64,000 nucleotides of DNA, from positions 42,302-106,301 of the forward strand of contig DDXR01000049.1 in assembly GCA_002347565.1 (NCBI GenBank), read 5' to 3'. Shown in pieces: positions 20,353 through 29,719 of the stretch. This DNA is from a bacterium UBP2_UBA2255. Its GTDB lineage: Bacteria > Edwardsbacteria > AC1 > EtOH8. The stretch's first letter is position 1; each line of letters opens with the position of its first letter. The notes beneath the pieces are model-generated. The model was not told the origin of the DNA. It worked only from the letters and a program-made list of their open reading frames with translations, and searched no databases. The translations under genes and the position numbers were made by a program.

Positions 20353-21713
20353 CGAGGATCACGGCGGCCGCGGCGGTGTCCGCGTACGCCGCAACATTCG
20401 CCTGGGCCTACGGTGCCCATGTCGCGCCATACTATGCATTCTGGGGGCTGGACAGCCGGGCGATACCGTCCCCGTTCCTGGCGCTGTCGGTGATGCTGGC
20501 CGTTGCGCCGGCGCTCTGGCTGCCGAGGGGGATCGGCAGGCCGTCGCTGCTGCTGTTCCTCGTGCAGTATCTGGTGCTTTTCGTGCCTGGGTGCTTCGTG
20601 CTGTACCAGACGTCGGCCCCGGTGCTGGCGCCGGCGGCATCGGCCCGGCTGCTGCTGGTGATGTTCGCCGGCCTGACGGTGATGCAGGCGTTCTACCTGC
20701 TGCCGACGGTGGCGCTGCCCCGCCCGGCCATTCCGCCGCGCGCCTACACGGCCCTGTTCTCATCGCTGACGGCCGGCCTGATGCTGTACGTGCTGTCGCA
20801 GTACGGGTCCAACTTCGCGATTACGGATTTCCGCGGCATCTACGCCGTCCGCCAGGCGCTGGCAGAGCGCATGGGAGGAGGCCCGGTGCTGGCCGGGCAA
20901 TACGCGATCATGTGGCTGTCCGGATTCTGCCTGCCGGCGGCGATGGCATTCGGTCTGCAGACCCGGCGGCTCCCGCTGCTGATCGCGGCTGCCGCCGGGT
21001 ACGTGGCCCTGTACGGCATCGCCGGGAACAAGCTGACGCTCCTGGCCATCGTCTTCATCCCCGCGCTCCACTGCTGGGCGCGGTGGGCCGCCCGGGCTGC
21101 GGTGCCCGCGTTCGCCGCCGGCATCACCCTGTTGCTGGCCGCGCCAGCCGCGCTGCCCGCGCTGCGGCTGGAGCCCCTGGGCCGGTGGTTCGTCGCGGTC
21201 GTGCACCAGCGCATTTTCAGCATTCCGTCGCTGCTGATCGCCCAGTATCACGGCTTTTTTGAGGGCCATCCCTTGACCTATTTTTCGCACATCCGGGGCA
21301 TCCACCTGGTGGTGCCATTCCCGTTCGGGATGGACCTTTCCCGGACGGTCGGCCTGCACTACTACGGTGAGCTGGTCGGTTCCAACGCCAATTTCTGGGC
21401 AGGCGACGGGCTGGCAGGTTTCGGGATGCCCGGCGTGATCCTGATGTCGCTGGCGTGCGGCCTGTTGTTCTGGGCCTTCGACAGTGTGGCGCGCGGCCTC
21501 AAGCCGGGTTTTGTGATGGCGGCTGCCGGATTCGCCGCGGCGTCCTTCGCCAACATCCCCCTGCCGACCCTGGTGCTGAGCGGCGGATTCGGCCTGCTGC
21601 TCCTCGCACTTTGGCTGCTGCCGCGGGAGGGCATGTACGCGTCGCTCTGGCAGACCGCTGCGGCCGGGGACCCGCCCCTTGCGCACGGCACCGCCGGACG
21701 GGGGCAACGCTGA
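20346..21713 (+). CDS. polytopic membrane protein, probable Wzy-like polymerase (no confident family match)
   Basis: ~12 TM helices with large loop; genomic context next to Wzx; start uncertain (GTG 20346 overlapping wzx stop or later Met). Confidence 0.4.
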   Translation: MLTRITAAAAVSAYAATFAWAYGAHVAPYYAFWGLDSRAIPSPFLALSVMLAVAPALWLPRGIGRPSLLLFLVQYLVLFVPGCFVLYQTSAPVLAPAASARLLLVMFAGLTVMQAFYLLPTVALPRPAIPPRAYTALFSSLTAGLMLYVLSQYGSNFAITDFRGIYAVRQALAERMGGGPVLAGQYAIMWLSGFCLPAAMAFGLQTRRLPLLIAAAAGYVALYGIAGNKLTLLAIVFIPALHCWARWAARAAVPAFAAGITLLLAAPAALPALRLEPLGRWFVAVVHQRIFSIPSLLIAQYHGFFEGHPLTYFSHIRGIHLVVPFPFGMDLSRTVGLHYYGELVGSNANFWAGDGLAGFGMPGVILMSLACGLLFWAFDSVARGLKPGFVMAAAGFAAASFANIPLPTLVLSGGFGLLLLALWLLPREGMYASLWQTAAAGDPPLAHGTAGRGQR

Positions 21714-23689
21714 TGTGCGGCATTCTGGGTCTGATCCAGCGGCCCGACCGGGCGGTCGACGTCGGCCGGTTCGCGGAATCCCTGCAGTCGATGCGCCACC
21801 GCGGGCCCGATGGCGAGGGCATCTACCTGCTGAACTCGGCCTCCGGCGCCGGCGCAGCCTGGGCTGGCAGCGACACCGATCCCCGGCTCCGGCTGCCGGC
21901 GGTGGCCGGTGCCGCCGGCAGCCGGGCCAATATCGCGCTGGGGCACCGCCGCCTGGCGATCATCGACCTGTCCCCCTCGGGCCATCAGCCGATGGCCAGC
22001 CGGGACCGCCGGCAGTGGATCGTCCTGAACGGTGAGGTTTACAATTACCGCGAATTGCGGAGCGAGCTGCGCGGCCGCGGCCATTCCTTCGTGTCATCAT
22101 CCGATACCGAGGTCGTGCTGGCCGCCTACCGGGAGTGGGGGCCGCTGTCGGTCGGGCGGTTCGTGGGGATGTTCGCCCTGGCGATCATCGACATCCCGCG
22201 GCGCGCTGTTTTCCTAGCGCGCGATCATTTCGGCATCAAGCCGCTCTACTACGCATTCGACGGCCGGCAGCTGGCGTTCGCATCCGAGATCGGGCCGCTG
22301 CTGCGGCTGCGCGGCGGGCGGCCCCGGATCGATCCCCGGCGCACCTACGAATACCTGCGGTACAACCTGTCGGACTACGGCGATGCCACCATGTTCCAGG
22401 GGATCTCCCAGTTGCCGACGGCGAGCACCATGGAGCTGTCCTGGGAGGACATGCGGCTGTCCGGGCCGACCGCCTACTGGCGGATCGACGGCGTTGCGCC
22501 GAGCGACATCGGCCGGCCGGAGGCGGCGCGCGAGCTGCGGCGGCTGCTCGAGGAGAGCGTCGGGTACCATCTCCGAAGCGATGTGCCGGTCGGATCGTGC
22601 CTGTCCGGCGGCCTGGACTCCAGCGCCATCGTCGCCATGATGCGCCAGCGCCTCGGGCCGCGGCGGTCGATCCAGACGTTCAGCTACGTCAGCGATGACC
22701 GCCTGTTGTCCGAGGAACGCTACATCGACATGGTCAACGGCGCCAACGCCTGCGTCCCCCACAAGACGACGATCTCACCGGACGAGCTGGCCAGGGACCT
22801 GGACAGCTTGATCCGGGTGCAGGAGCTGCCGTTCATGAGCACCAGCATCTACGCCCAGTACCGGGTCTTCCGGCTGGCGGGTGAATGCGGCATCAAGGTG
22901 ATGCTGGACGGGCAGGGAGCGGATGAGCTGTTCGCTGGCTACCTCAACCTGCTGGGGGCCAGGATCACGGCGCTGCTGGCCGGCCGCGACTGGTCCGGGG
23001 CCCGGCGGCTGTGTCGCGCGGTGCCGCTGAACATGGGCGGCTATCGCTTCGGCATGCTGGCGACAGCGCTCGGCCGGCTGGCGCCGGCCAGGCTCCATGG
23101 CCAGATGATGGCGGCGGCCGGGCAGCCGATCTGGCCGTCATGGCTGAACCCCGGATGGTTCGCCGAACGGGGCGTGGCGGCGGCGCCCCGGGCTTATGGG
23201 CGGGGGAGACAGGCGCTGCGCGAGGAGCTGCGACTGGCGATCGAGCAGGCGAGCCTCCCCAACCTGCTGCGCTTCGAGGACCGGAATTCAATGGCCCATT
23301 CGATCGAAAGCCGAGTTCCGTTCTGCAACCACCGGCTGGCGGAGTTCGCTTTCTCGCTGCCCGATGATTACCTGATCGACGGCAGCGGGACGACCAAGGC
23401 GATCCTCAAGCAGAGCCTGGGGGGGGTGCTGCCGGAGGAGATCCTCAACCGGGAGAAGGTCGGGTTCGCCGTGCCGGAGCGCCGCTGGGCGGTGCAGCTG
23501 GCCCCGTGGATCGAGCGCATCCTGGCCGGCGCCCACGACGATGGATTTCCGATGCTCGATCTGCCCAAGGTCAGGAAAACCGTGCGGCGGCAGATGGAGG
23601 ACGGACGCCGACACCTGCTGGGGGAGAGCTGGCGGATCGTGCTTTTCATCCGCTGGGCGGCGATCTGGGGCGCCGATGTCGCTGCCTGA
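21713..23689 (+). CDS. asnB: asparagine synthase (glutamine-hydrolysing) family amidotransferase, AsnB/WbpS-like
   Basis: N-terminal MCGI nucleophile, class II GATase domain, SGGLDSS PP-loop; ATG overlaps upstream stop (TGATG). Confidence 0.85.
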   Translation: MCGILGLIQRPDRAVDVGRFAESLQSMRHRGPDGEGIYLLNSASGAGAAWAGSDTDPRLRLPAVAGAAGSRANIALGHRRLAIIDLSPSGHQPMASRDRRQWIVLNGEVYNYRELRSELRGRGHSFVSSSDTEVVLAAYREWGPLSVGRFVGMFALAIIDIPRRAVFLARDHFGIKPLYYAFDGRQLAFASEIGPLLRLRGGRPRIDPRRTYEYLRYNLSDYGDATMFQGISQLPTASTMELSWEDMRLSGPTAYWRIDGVAPSDIGRPEAARELRRLLEESVGYHLRSDVPVGSCLSGGLDSSAIVAMMRQRLGPRRSIQTFSYVSDDRLLSEERYIDMVNGANACVPHKTTISPDELARDLDSLIRVQELPFMSTSIYAQYRVFRLAGECGIKVMLDGQGADELFAGYLNLLGARITALLAGRDWSGARRLCRAVPLNMGGYRFGMLATALGRLAPARLHGQMMAAAGQPIWPSWLNPGWFAERGVAAAPRAYGRGRQALREELRLAIEQASLPNLLRFEDRNSMAHSIESRVPFCNHRLAEFAFSLPDDYLIDGSGTTKAILKQSLGGVLPEEILNREKVGFAVPERRWAVQLAPWIERILAGAHDDGFPMLDLPKVRKTVRRQMEDGRRHLLGESWRIVLFIRWAAIWGADVAA

Positions 23690-24950
23690 TGGGGGCCGCC
23701 TGGTCGCGGCACCGCGGCGCTCCCCGATCCGCGTCGCCGTACTGACCGAGACCTTTGCCAAGGGCATGGGCTATGCTGGCAGCATGCTGCCGAAGTACCT
23801 TGCCCGGCTCGGGGCCGACGTCCACGTCATCACCATGGACCTGTCGCCGTACCATTCCCTCGCCGAGTTCCAGCAGATCTACGGCGGGATCACCGGCGCC
23901 GACGCCATCAAGCCCGGCACGGTCGAGCGATACGATGGCTATCACCTTCATGTGCTGGGGCACGCCCGGGTGATGGGATACATGCGGATGGTGGGGCTGG
24001 GGCCGGTGATCGCCGAGCTCAGGCCGGATGTCGTTCAGACCTTCGCCGCCATCGGGCCGATCCCGATGGATGCGGCCCTGCTGCGGCTCCGGTTCGGCTA
24101 CAAGCTGTTCACCGGAAACCACACCACGGCATCGGTGTTCCCGCTGGCGCAGGCGGCCCTGCCCTGCTGGCACCGCCGGCGGCTGCAGTGCCTCGCCCTG
24201 CGCAGCGCCCCCGGGCGCGTGATCAGCTGGTTCACCGAGCGCTGCTACGGCGCCACCGTCGACTGCGGGGAGGTCGCGGTCAAGTTCTTCGGCGTCCCGC
24301 GCCGAAAACTGACCGTCTGCCCGCTGGGCGTCGACAGCGAGGTATTCCACCCGGCGCCGGTGGCGGAAGGCGCTGAACGAGCCGCCCTGCGGCGGGAACT
24401 CGGGTTCGCAGACCACGAGATCGTCTGCATCTACACCGGCCGCTTCACCGAAGCCAAGAACCCGGCGCTGCTGGCCGAGGCCGTCGCCCGGCTGGCGCGG
24501 CAGGGCCGGCCATTCCGCGGGCTCTTCCTTGGGAGCGGCCCCCAGCAGGAACGGTTGCAGGGCAGCCCGGCCTGTTCGGTGCTGCCGTTCCGGCCGGTCA
24601 ACGAGCTCGGCAGGTACTTCCGGGCCAGCGAGATCGGCGTCTGGCCCACCCAGGAATCGACCTCGATGCTGGATGCGGCCGCCTGCGGTCTGCCGATCGT
24701 TGTCAACGACACGCTGCAGGCCGGGGAACGGGTCGAGGGGAACGGGCTGCGCTACCGGTTGAACGACCTTGACGACCTGGTCGCTGCGCTGCGCCGGCTG
24801 GAGGATCCAGCGCTGCGGTCCCGGCTGGGTTCAGCGGGAGCCGAGAAGATGCGGCGGGAGTACAGCTGGGAGAGCATCGCCCGCAGGCGCCTCGCGGATT
24901 ACCAACGGGCGCTCGAACCGCAGCCGGCCGCATGCGCCGGAACCGAATAG
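23676..24950 (+). CDS. glycosyltransferase family 4
   Basis: GT4 C-terminal half (FTEAKNP...ESTSMLDAAACGLPIVVND); ORF extends upstream to 23541 but start chosen after asnB. Confidence 0.7.
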   Translation: MSLPDGGRLVAAPRRSPIRVAVLTETFAKGMGYAGSMLPKYLARLGADVHVITMDLSPYHSLAEFQQIYGGITGADAIKPGTVERYDGYHLHVLGHARVMGYMRMVGLGPVIAELRPDVVQTFAAIGPIPMDAALLRLRFGYKLFTGNHTTASVFPLAQAALPCWHRRRLQCLALRSAPGRVISWFTERCYGATVDCGEVAVKFFGVPRRKLTVCPLGVDSEVFHPAPVAEGAERAALRRELGFADHEIVCIYTGRFTEAKNPALLAEAVARLARQGRPFRGLFLGSGPQQERLQGSPACSVLPFRPVNELGRYFRASEIGVWPTQESTSMLDAAACGLPIVVNDTLQAGERVEGNGLRYRLNDLDDLVAALRRLEDPALRSRLGSAGAEKMRREYSWESIARRRLADYQRALEPQPAACAGTE

Positions 24951-24959
24951 CACGAAGAC

Positions 24960-25736
24960 ATGTTCGTCCGCAACCTGAAGAAAATAGCCAACCGGTTGGG
25001 GTTCGAGGTCCGCCGCACGCCCGCGGTGCCCTATGACGACCAGGCATCAGCCGAGCGGGCCATCGCGGTGGTCGCGCCGTACACCATGCTCCCGTGGGAG
25101 CGTCTGGTGACGCTGTACCAGAAGGTGGCCTTTTGCGAGCGGTCGGGGCTGGACGGCGATTTGGTGGAATGCGGCGTCTGGAAAGGCGGTGCCGCGGCGC
25201 TAATGGCCCTGGCCAACATCGAATTGGGCCGAACGCGGCGCCACCTCCACCTGTTTGATTCGTTCCAAGAGATCTGCGCGCCGGATCAGGCGGTCGACGG
25301 CGAGCAAGCGGTGCGTGAGGCGCGCCGTCACGGCAGCGACTGCCTGGGCCAGCTCCGTCCGGTCACGGGGATCTATGACGCCGTTGGCGGTCCGGGGACC
25401 CTTCCCGGGAATCGCCGGCTGCTGGAGCAGGTTGTCGGCTATGACCCGGGATTCCTCCACTATCACGCCGGGTGGTTCCAGGAGACCCTGCCCCGGGACG
25501 CCCCCGGCATGGGGCCGATCGCGATCCTGCGGCTGGACGGTGATTGGTACGCTTCCACCAAAACCTGCTTGGCGCACTTGTACGATAAGGTCGTGTCCGG
25601 AGGTTTCGTGGTCATCGACGACTACGGCGCCTATCAGGGGTGCCGACGGGCGGTGGATGAGTTCATGGCGGAACGGCGCGTCAGCGCGTTTCTCCATTAC
25701 GACGATCGCATCTGCCGGTACTGGGTCAAGCCGTGA
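24960..25736 (+). CDS. TylF/MycF-family sugar O-methyltransferase
   Basis: LVECGVWKGGAA SAM-binding motif, DGDWYAST, VIDDYG motifs of macrocin-O-methyltransferase family. Confidence 0.8.
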   Translation: MFVRNLKKIANRLGFEVRRTPAVPYDDQASAERAIAVVAPYTMLPWERLVTLYQKVAFCERSGLDGDLVECGVWKGGAAALMALANIELGRTRRHLHLFDSFQEICAPDQAVDGEQAVREARRHGSDCLGQLRPVTGIYDAVGGPGTLPGNRRLLEQVVGYDPGFLHYHAGWFQETLPRDAPGMGPIAILRLDGDWYASTKTCLAHLYDKVVSGGFVVIDDYGAYQGCRRAVDEFMAERRVSAFLHYDDRICRYWVKP

Positions 25737-25792
25737 GCCGGCGGCGCGCGCCAGGCCGCGGAAGCGGCGGCACCACCAAGCGCGGAGGGACG

Positions 25793-26524
25793 ATGCTCAT
25801 CCTCAACCTAGGCTGCGGCCTGCGGACCAGCCCGGATCCTGATGTCGTCAACATCGACCGCTCGCCGTACCTCAGGATCAAACGGAATTTCCTGTTGCGG
25901 CTGCTGGTACCGGTGCTGCTGCGGGGCGAGCGGGCGGAGCGGTATTCCCGCATCCCGGACAACGTCGTCCTCCATGACCTGCGCCGGGGCATCCCGTTCG
26001 GTCCCGATAGTGTCGATGCGGTCTATCATTCGCACCTGCTGGAGCATCTCTCCCGAGCTGAAGCCGAGCATTTCCTGCTTGAGATCCGACGGGTGCTCAA
26101 GCCCGGCGGCATCCAGCGCATCGTTGTCCCCGATCTGGAGCGATCCTGCCGCCGCTGCCTGTCGCATCTCGCGCGGTGCGACGCAGACCCGTCACAGGCC
26201 GGCGAGCACGACCGCTATGTGGCGGCGATCATCGAGCAGTGCGTCCGCCGCGAGGCCGCCGGAACTGGCCGCCAAGGCCCGCTGCGGCGGTTTGCCGAGA
26301 ACCTGCTGGTGGGAGACGCCAGCAGGCGGGGCGAGGCCCACCAGTGGCTCTACGACCGGGCCAATCTCGCAGCTTTGCTGGCACGCACGGGCTACGTCAA
26401 TTTCTGCGTGCAGCGCCATGACACCAGCTTGATCCCGGGTTGGACCAGGTACGGACTGGACGGGGACCACCTGGGGGTCGAGCATCTGACCGATTCGCTG
26501 TTCGTCGAAGCGCGCAAGGGGTGA
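25793..26524 (+). CDS. class I SAM-dependent methyltransferase
   Basis: LNLGCGL motif I, LKPGGI motif; strong GGAGGG RBS before ATG 25793 (ORF extends to GTG 25733). Confidence 0.7.
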   Translation: MLILNLGCGLRTSPDPDVVNIDRSPYLRIKRNFLLRLLVPVLLRGERAERYSRIPDNVVLHDLRRGIPFGPDSVDAVYHSHLLEHLSRAEAEHFLLEIRRVLKPGGIQRIVVPDLERSCRRCLSHLARCDADPSQAGEHDRYVAAIIEQCVRREAAGTGRQGPLRRFAENLLVGDASRRGEAHQWLYDRANLAALLARTGYVNFCVQRHDTSLIPGWTRYGLDGDHLGVEHLTDSLFVEARKG

Positions 26525-26552
26525 CCGCTTGCCTCAGACGAGCAGGGCCCCG

Positions 26553-27815
26553 ATGCGGGCGTTGATCCTGAGCACCCACGACAGCGGGGGCGCCGGGATC
26601 GCAATCCACCGGCTGCACCGCAGCCTGCTGCGCCGGGGGATGTCATCCGCGATGGTAGTCTCGACGAAACGGACAGCGGACGAAACGGTGCTCGAGGCTC
26701 CCCGGGGAACGGCATTCTCGCGATGCTCCGCCCTTGCTGTCAGGGCGGCGTTGCGGCTGGCGACCCGCCAGGATTATCACTTCCAGCAGCAGCTGCTGGA
26801 GACGGGCCCGTCCGCCGCGGCGTTGCTGCGGACGCTGCCGTTCAGGCCGAACGTCATCATCGCCGGTTGGATATCGCGGTTCGTTTCGCCGCGGCTGCTG
26901 CGCGAACTGTCTCGGATCAGCGGCGCACCGGTGCTGTGGTATCTGATGGACATGGCCCCCCTGACCGGCGGCTGCCATTACGCCTGGGACTGCACCGGCT
27001 ACCAGCGCAGCTGCGGGAACTGCCCGGCGCTGCCGGTGCGGCATCCGGGGGACCTCTCCCACCGGATCATGCGCGGCAAGCGGCGGGAGCTGAAGGACTG
27101 CGACCTGACCATGGTCGCGGCCAGCGGCCAGCTGCAGCAGCAGTGCGCCCGATCGAGTCTCTGCCGCGGCAGGAGGGTGGAGCGGATCATGCTGTCGGTC
27201 GATCCCGACATCTTCCGTCCCGGCGACCGCCGCCTGGCCAGGAACGCTGTCGGACTTCCCGCCGCCGGCAAGGTTGTCCTGATCGGGGCCCAGTCGCTGT
27301 CGGTGCGCCGCAAAGGAACGGGACAGCTCGTTGACGCGCTCCGCCGCCTGGGGCCGATGCTCGGGGGCGCGGCCAAGTTGGTGACGATCGCGGCCATCGG
27401 TCCGGCCGCGGGACTGCGGGGCATGCTGCCATCGGTATTCGGTTTCCGGGCGCTCGGGTTCATGCACGGCGACCGGTCGCTGGCGGAGTGCTATCGGGCC
27501 GCTGATGTGTTCGTCTGCCCTTCAATCCAGGACTCGGGCCCCATGATGATAAATGAGGCGATCATGTCGGGCACGCCGGTGGTCTCGTTCGACATCGGCG
27601 TGGCGGCCGACTTGGTGGCGACCGGCAGCACCGGCTACCGTGCTGTTTCGCCGGACGCCCGCGACCTGGCCGCCGGCATCGCGGCGGTGCTTGACCTTGA
27701 TGCGCCGCGTGCGGACGCAATGGCGGCCCGCTGCCGGGATCTCGGTTTGCGGATGTGCCATCCCGCGGTCCAGGCCGGGGCATTCCGCGACCTGATGCGG
27801 GAGGTGACGGCATGA
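26553..27815 (+). CDS. glycosyltransferase (GT-B, GT4-like)
   Basis: C-terminal GT-B nucleotide-sugar-binding region (VFVCPSIQDSGPMMINEAIMSGTPVVSFD); start uncertain (TTG 26529 or ATG 26553). Confidence 0.6.
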   Translation: MRALILSTHDSGGAGIAIHRLHRSLLRRGMSSAMVVSTKRTADETVLEAPRGTAFSRCSALAVRAALRLATRQDYHFQQQLLETGPSAAALLRTLPFRPNVIIAGWISRFVSPRLLRELSRISGAPVLWYLMDMAPLTGGCHYAWDCTGYQRSCGNCPALPVRHPGDLSHRIMRGKRRELKDCDLTMVAASGQLQQQCARSSLCRGRRVERIMLSVDPDIFRPGDRRLARNAVGLPAAGKVVLIGAQSLSVRRKGTGQLVDALRRLGPMLGGAAKLVTIAAIGPAAGLRGMLPSVFGFRALGFMHGDRSLAECYRAADVFVCPSIQDSGPMMINEAIMSGTPVVSFDIGVAADLVATGSTGYRAVSPDARDLAAGIAAVLDLDAPRADAMAARCRDLGLRMCHPAVQAGAFRDLMREVTA

Positions 27816-28561
27816 GCAGCTCCGGCGGCGAAAATGACCGCGGCTACCGCCTACTTGAATGGGACAGCGGCTTCTTCGGGTTCGGCGTGGCGAGGCTCAC
27901 GGTGCCGACCGCAGACACCGCCGGGATGGCGGGGATCATTGATATGCTCCGGTCCCGCGGGGTGTCGCTCGCCTACTGGGCGACTGATCCGGGTGATGCC
28001 GGCGCACAACTGGCGGCTTGCAGCAACGGCGGCTGGCTGGCAGACGAGAAGGCGACGTACGTGATCGGGCTCCGCGCCCTCCCGCCGGACGGCATCCCGC
28101 CGCCGGAGGCCGAGATCAGCGAATACCGGTCGAACGAGGTTGACGATGCCCTGTACCGCCTGGCGCTCCAGAGCGGCGTCCATTCGCGTTTCCGCATTGA
28201 TCCCCGTTTCCCCCCGGGGGCCTTCGAACGGCTCTACCGGGAATGGATGCGGCGGTCGGTCGGCGGGGAGCTGGCCCGAGCCGTGCTGGTGGCGGGACCG
28301 GCCGGGCGGATATCGGGGATGCTGACCGTCGGCGAACAGGGCGGCCGCGGAGACATCGGGCTGGTGGCGGTCGATCAGGCCGCGCGAGGCCGCCATGTCG
28401 GGACCTCGCTGGTCCGCGCGGCGTTGAGGTGGTTCGTCGGCAACGGCTACCAGTCGGCGCAGGTGGTGACCCAGCGGGCCAATGTCCACGCCTGCCGGCT
28501 GTATCGGGCGTGCGGATTCGAGATCGAGCAGATCAGGAACGTCTATCATTTTTGGCTATGA
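27812..28561 (+). CDS. wecD: dTDP-fucosamine (dTDP-4-amino-4,6-dideoxygalactose) N-acetyltransferase, WecD/RffC-like GNAT
   Basis: LEWDSGFFG N-terminus and GNAT core (GLVAVDQAARGRHVGTSL) resemble E. coli WecD; ATGA overlap with upstream stop, GGAGGTGA RBS. Confidence 0.7.
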   Translation: MSSSGGENDRGYRLLEWDSGFFGFGVARLTVPTADTAGMAGIIDMLRSRGVSLAYWATDPGDAGAQLAACSNGGWLADEKATYVIGLRALPPDGIPPPEAEISEYRSNEVDDALYRLALQSGVHSRFRIDPRFPPGAFERLYREWMRRSVGGELARAVLVAGPAGRISGMLTVGEQGGRGDIGLVAVDQAARGRHVGTSLVRAALRWFVGNGYQSAQVVTQRANVHACRLYRACGFEIEQIRNVYHFWL

Positions 28562-29691
28562 CCATTCCGTTCAACAAACCGTACCTGACCGGCCGGGAGA
28601 CCGATTACATCCGGCAGGCGGTGGAATCGGGGAAGATATCCGGCGACGGCATGTTCACCAAGCGCTGCCACCGGTTCTTCGAGCAGCGCTACGGCATCCC
28701 CAGGGCGCTGCTGACGACCTCTTGCACCGACGCCCTGGAGATGGCCGCCATCCTGGCCGACATCGGGCCCGGCGACGAGGTGATCGCGCCCAGCTTCACC
28801 TTCGTCTCGACGGTCAACGCCTTCGTGCTGCGGGGCGCCCGCATCGTTTTTGCCGACAGCGGAGACGAAACGCCGAACATCGACACGTCACGGCTGGAAG
28901 GGCTGGTCACGCCCCGCACCAGGGTGATCGTGCCAGTCCACTACGGCGGCGTGGCCTGCGACATGGACGTCATCCTCTCGATCGCCGAGCGCCACGGGCT
29001 GCTGGTGGTAGAGGACGCCGCCCAGGCCGTGGAAGCCGCCTACCGCGGCCGCCAGCTGGGGACGATCGGCCACTTGGGAGCATTTTCGTTCCATGAGACC
29101 AAGAACGTCATCGCCGGCGAGGGGGGGATGCTGGCGGTCAATGACCAGCGTTTCGCGGCGCGCGCCGAGATCATCAGAGAGAAGGGAACCAACCGCGCTG
29201 CGTTTTTCCGGGGAGAGGTCGACAAGTACGGCTGGGTGGACATCGGCTCGTCCTTTCTGCCGTCGGACATCGTCGCCGCATTCCTGTACGCCCAGCTGGA
29301 GAACATCGACCGCATCCAGCGGCGGCGACTCGAGATCTGGGAACAGTACCGCCGGGGCCTGGCCGATCTGGCGGCCGACGGTTGCTGTCGCCTGCCGGTC
29401 CTTCCGGCGTATGCCAGCAACAACGCCCATCTGTTCCATTTGGTATGCGACAGCCTGAAGCAGCGGACTGAGCTGATAGAATGGCTGAAGGGCCGGGGCG
29501 TCATGGCGGTGTTCCACTACCTGTCGCTCCACCGGAGCAGCTTCTTCAAGGACAGGCACGACGGCCGGCCGCTTCCCTGCGCTGACCGGTTCAGCGATTG
29601 CCTGGTCAGGCTGCCGCTGTTCTTCGAGCTGACGGACGGCCAGGTCGAAGCGGTGATCGCCGGCGTGCGCTCGTTCTATGGCCGCGGCTGA
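28558..29691 (+). CDS. wecE: dTDP-4-amino-4,6-dideoxygalactose transaminase (DegT/WecE family, PLP-dependent)
   Basis: Near colinear similarity to E. coli WecE (IPFN.P...GSGK..GDG.FT.RC, VIMPS/APSFTFVSTVNAF, VPVHY.GVAC.MD, FSFHETKN, EIIREKGTNR, QNAHMF/NNAHLF, MAVFHY). Confidence 0.9.
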   Translation: MTIPFNKPYLTGRETDYIRQAVESGKISGDGMFTKRCHRFFEQRYGIPRALLTTSCTDALEMAAILADIGPGDEVIAPSFTFVSTVNAFVLRGARIVFADSGDETPNIDTSRLEGLVTPRTRVIVPVHYGGVACDMDVILSIAERHGLLVVEDAAQAVEAAYRGRQLGTIGHLGAFSFHETKNVIAGEGGMLAVNDQRFAARAEIIREKGTNRAAFFRGEVDKYGWVDIGSSFLPSDIVAAFLYAQLENIDRIQRRRLEIWEQYRRGLADLAADGCCRLPVLPAYASNNAHLFHLVCDSLKQRTELIEWLKGRGVMAVFHYLSLHRSSFFKDRHDGRPLPCADRFSDCLVRLPLFFELTDGQVEAVIAGVRSFYGRG

Positions 29692-29719
29692 AGCGGGGCG
29701 GCGCGACGGCGCCGCGGGG

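Noticed and set aside
21455-21712. N-terminal extension of the asnB ORF back to 21455
   Set aside because: Glutamine amidotransferase class II enzymes must start with Met-Cys. The MCGI at 21713 is the true start. The extension overlaps the preceding membrane protein gene.
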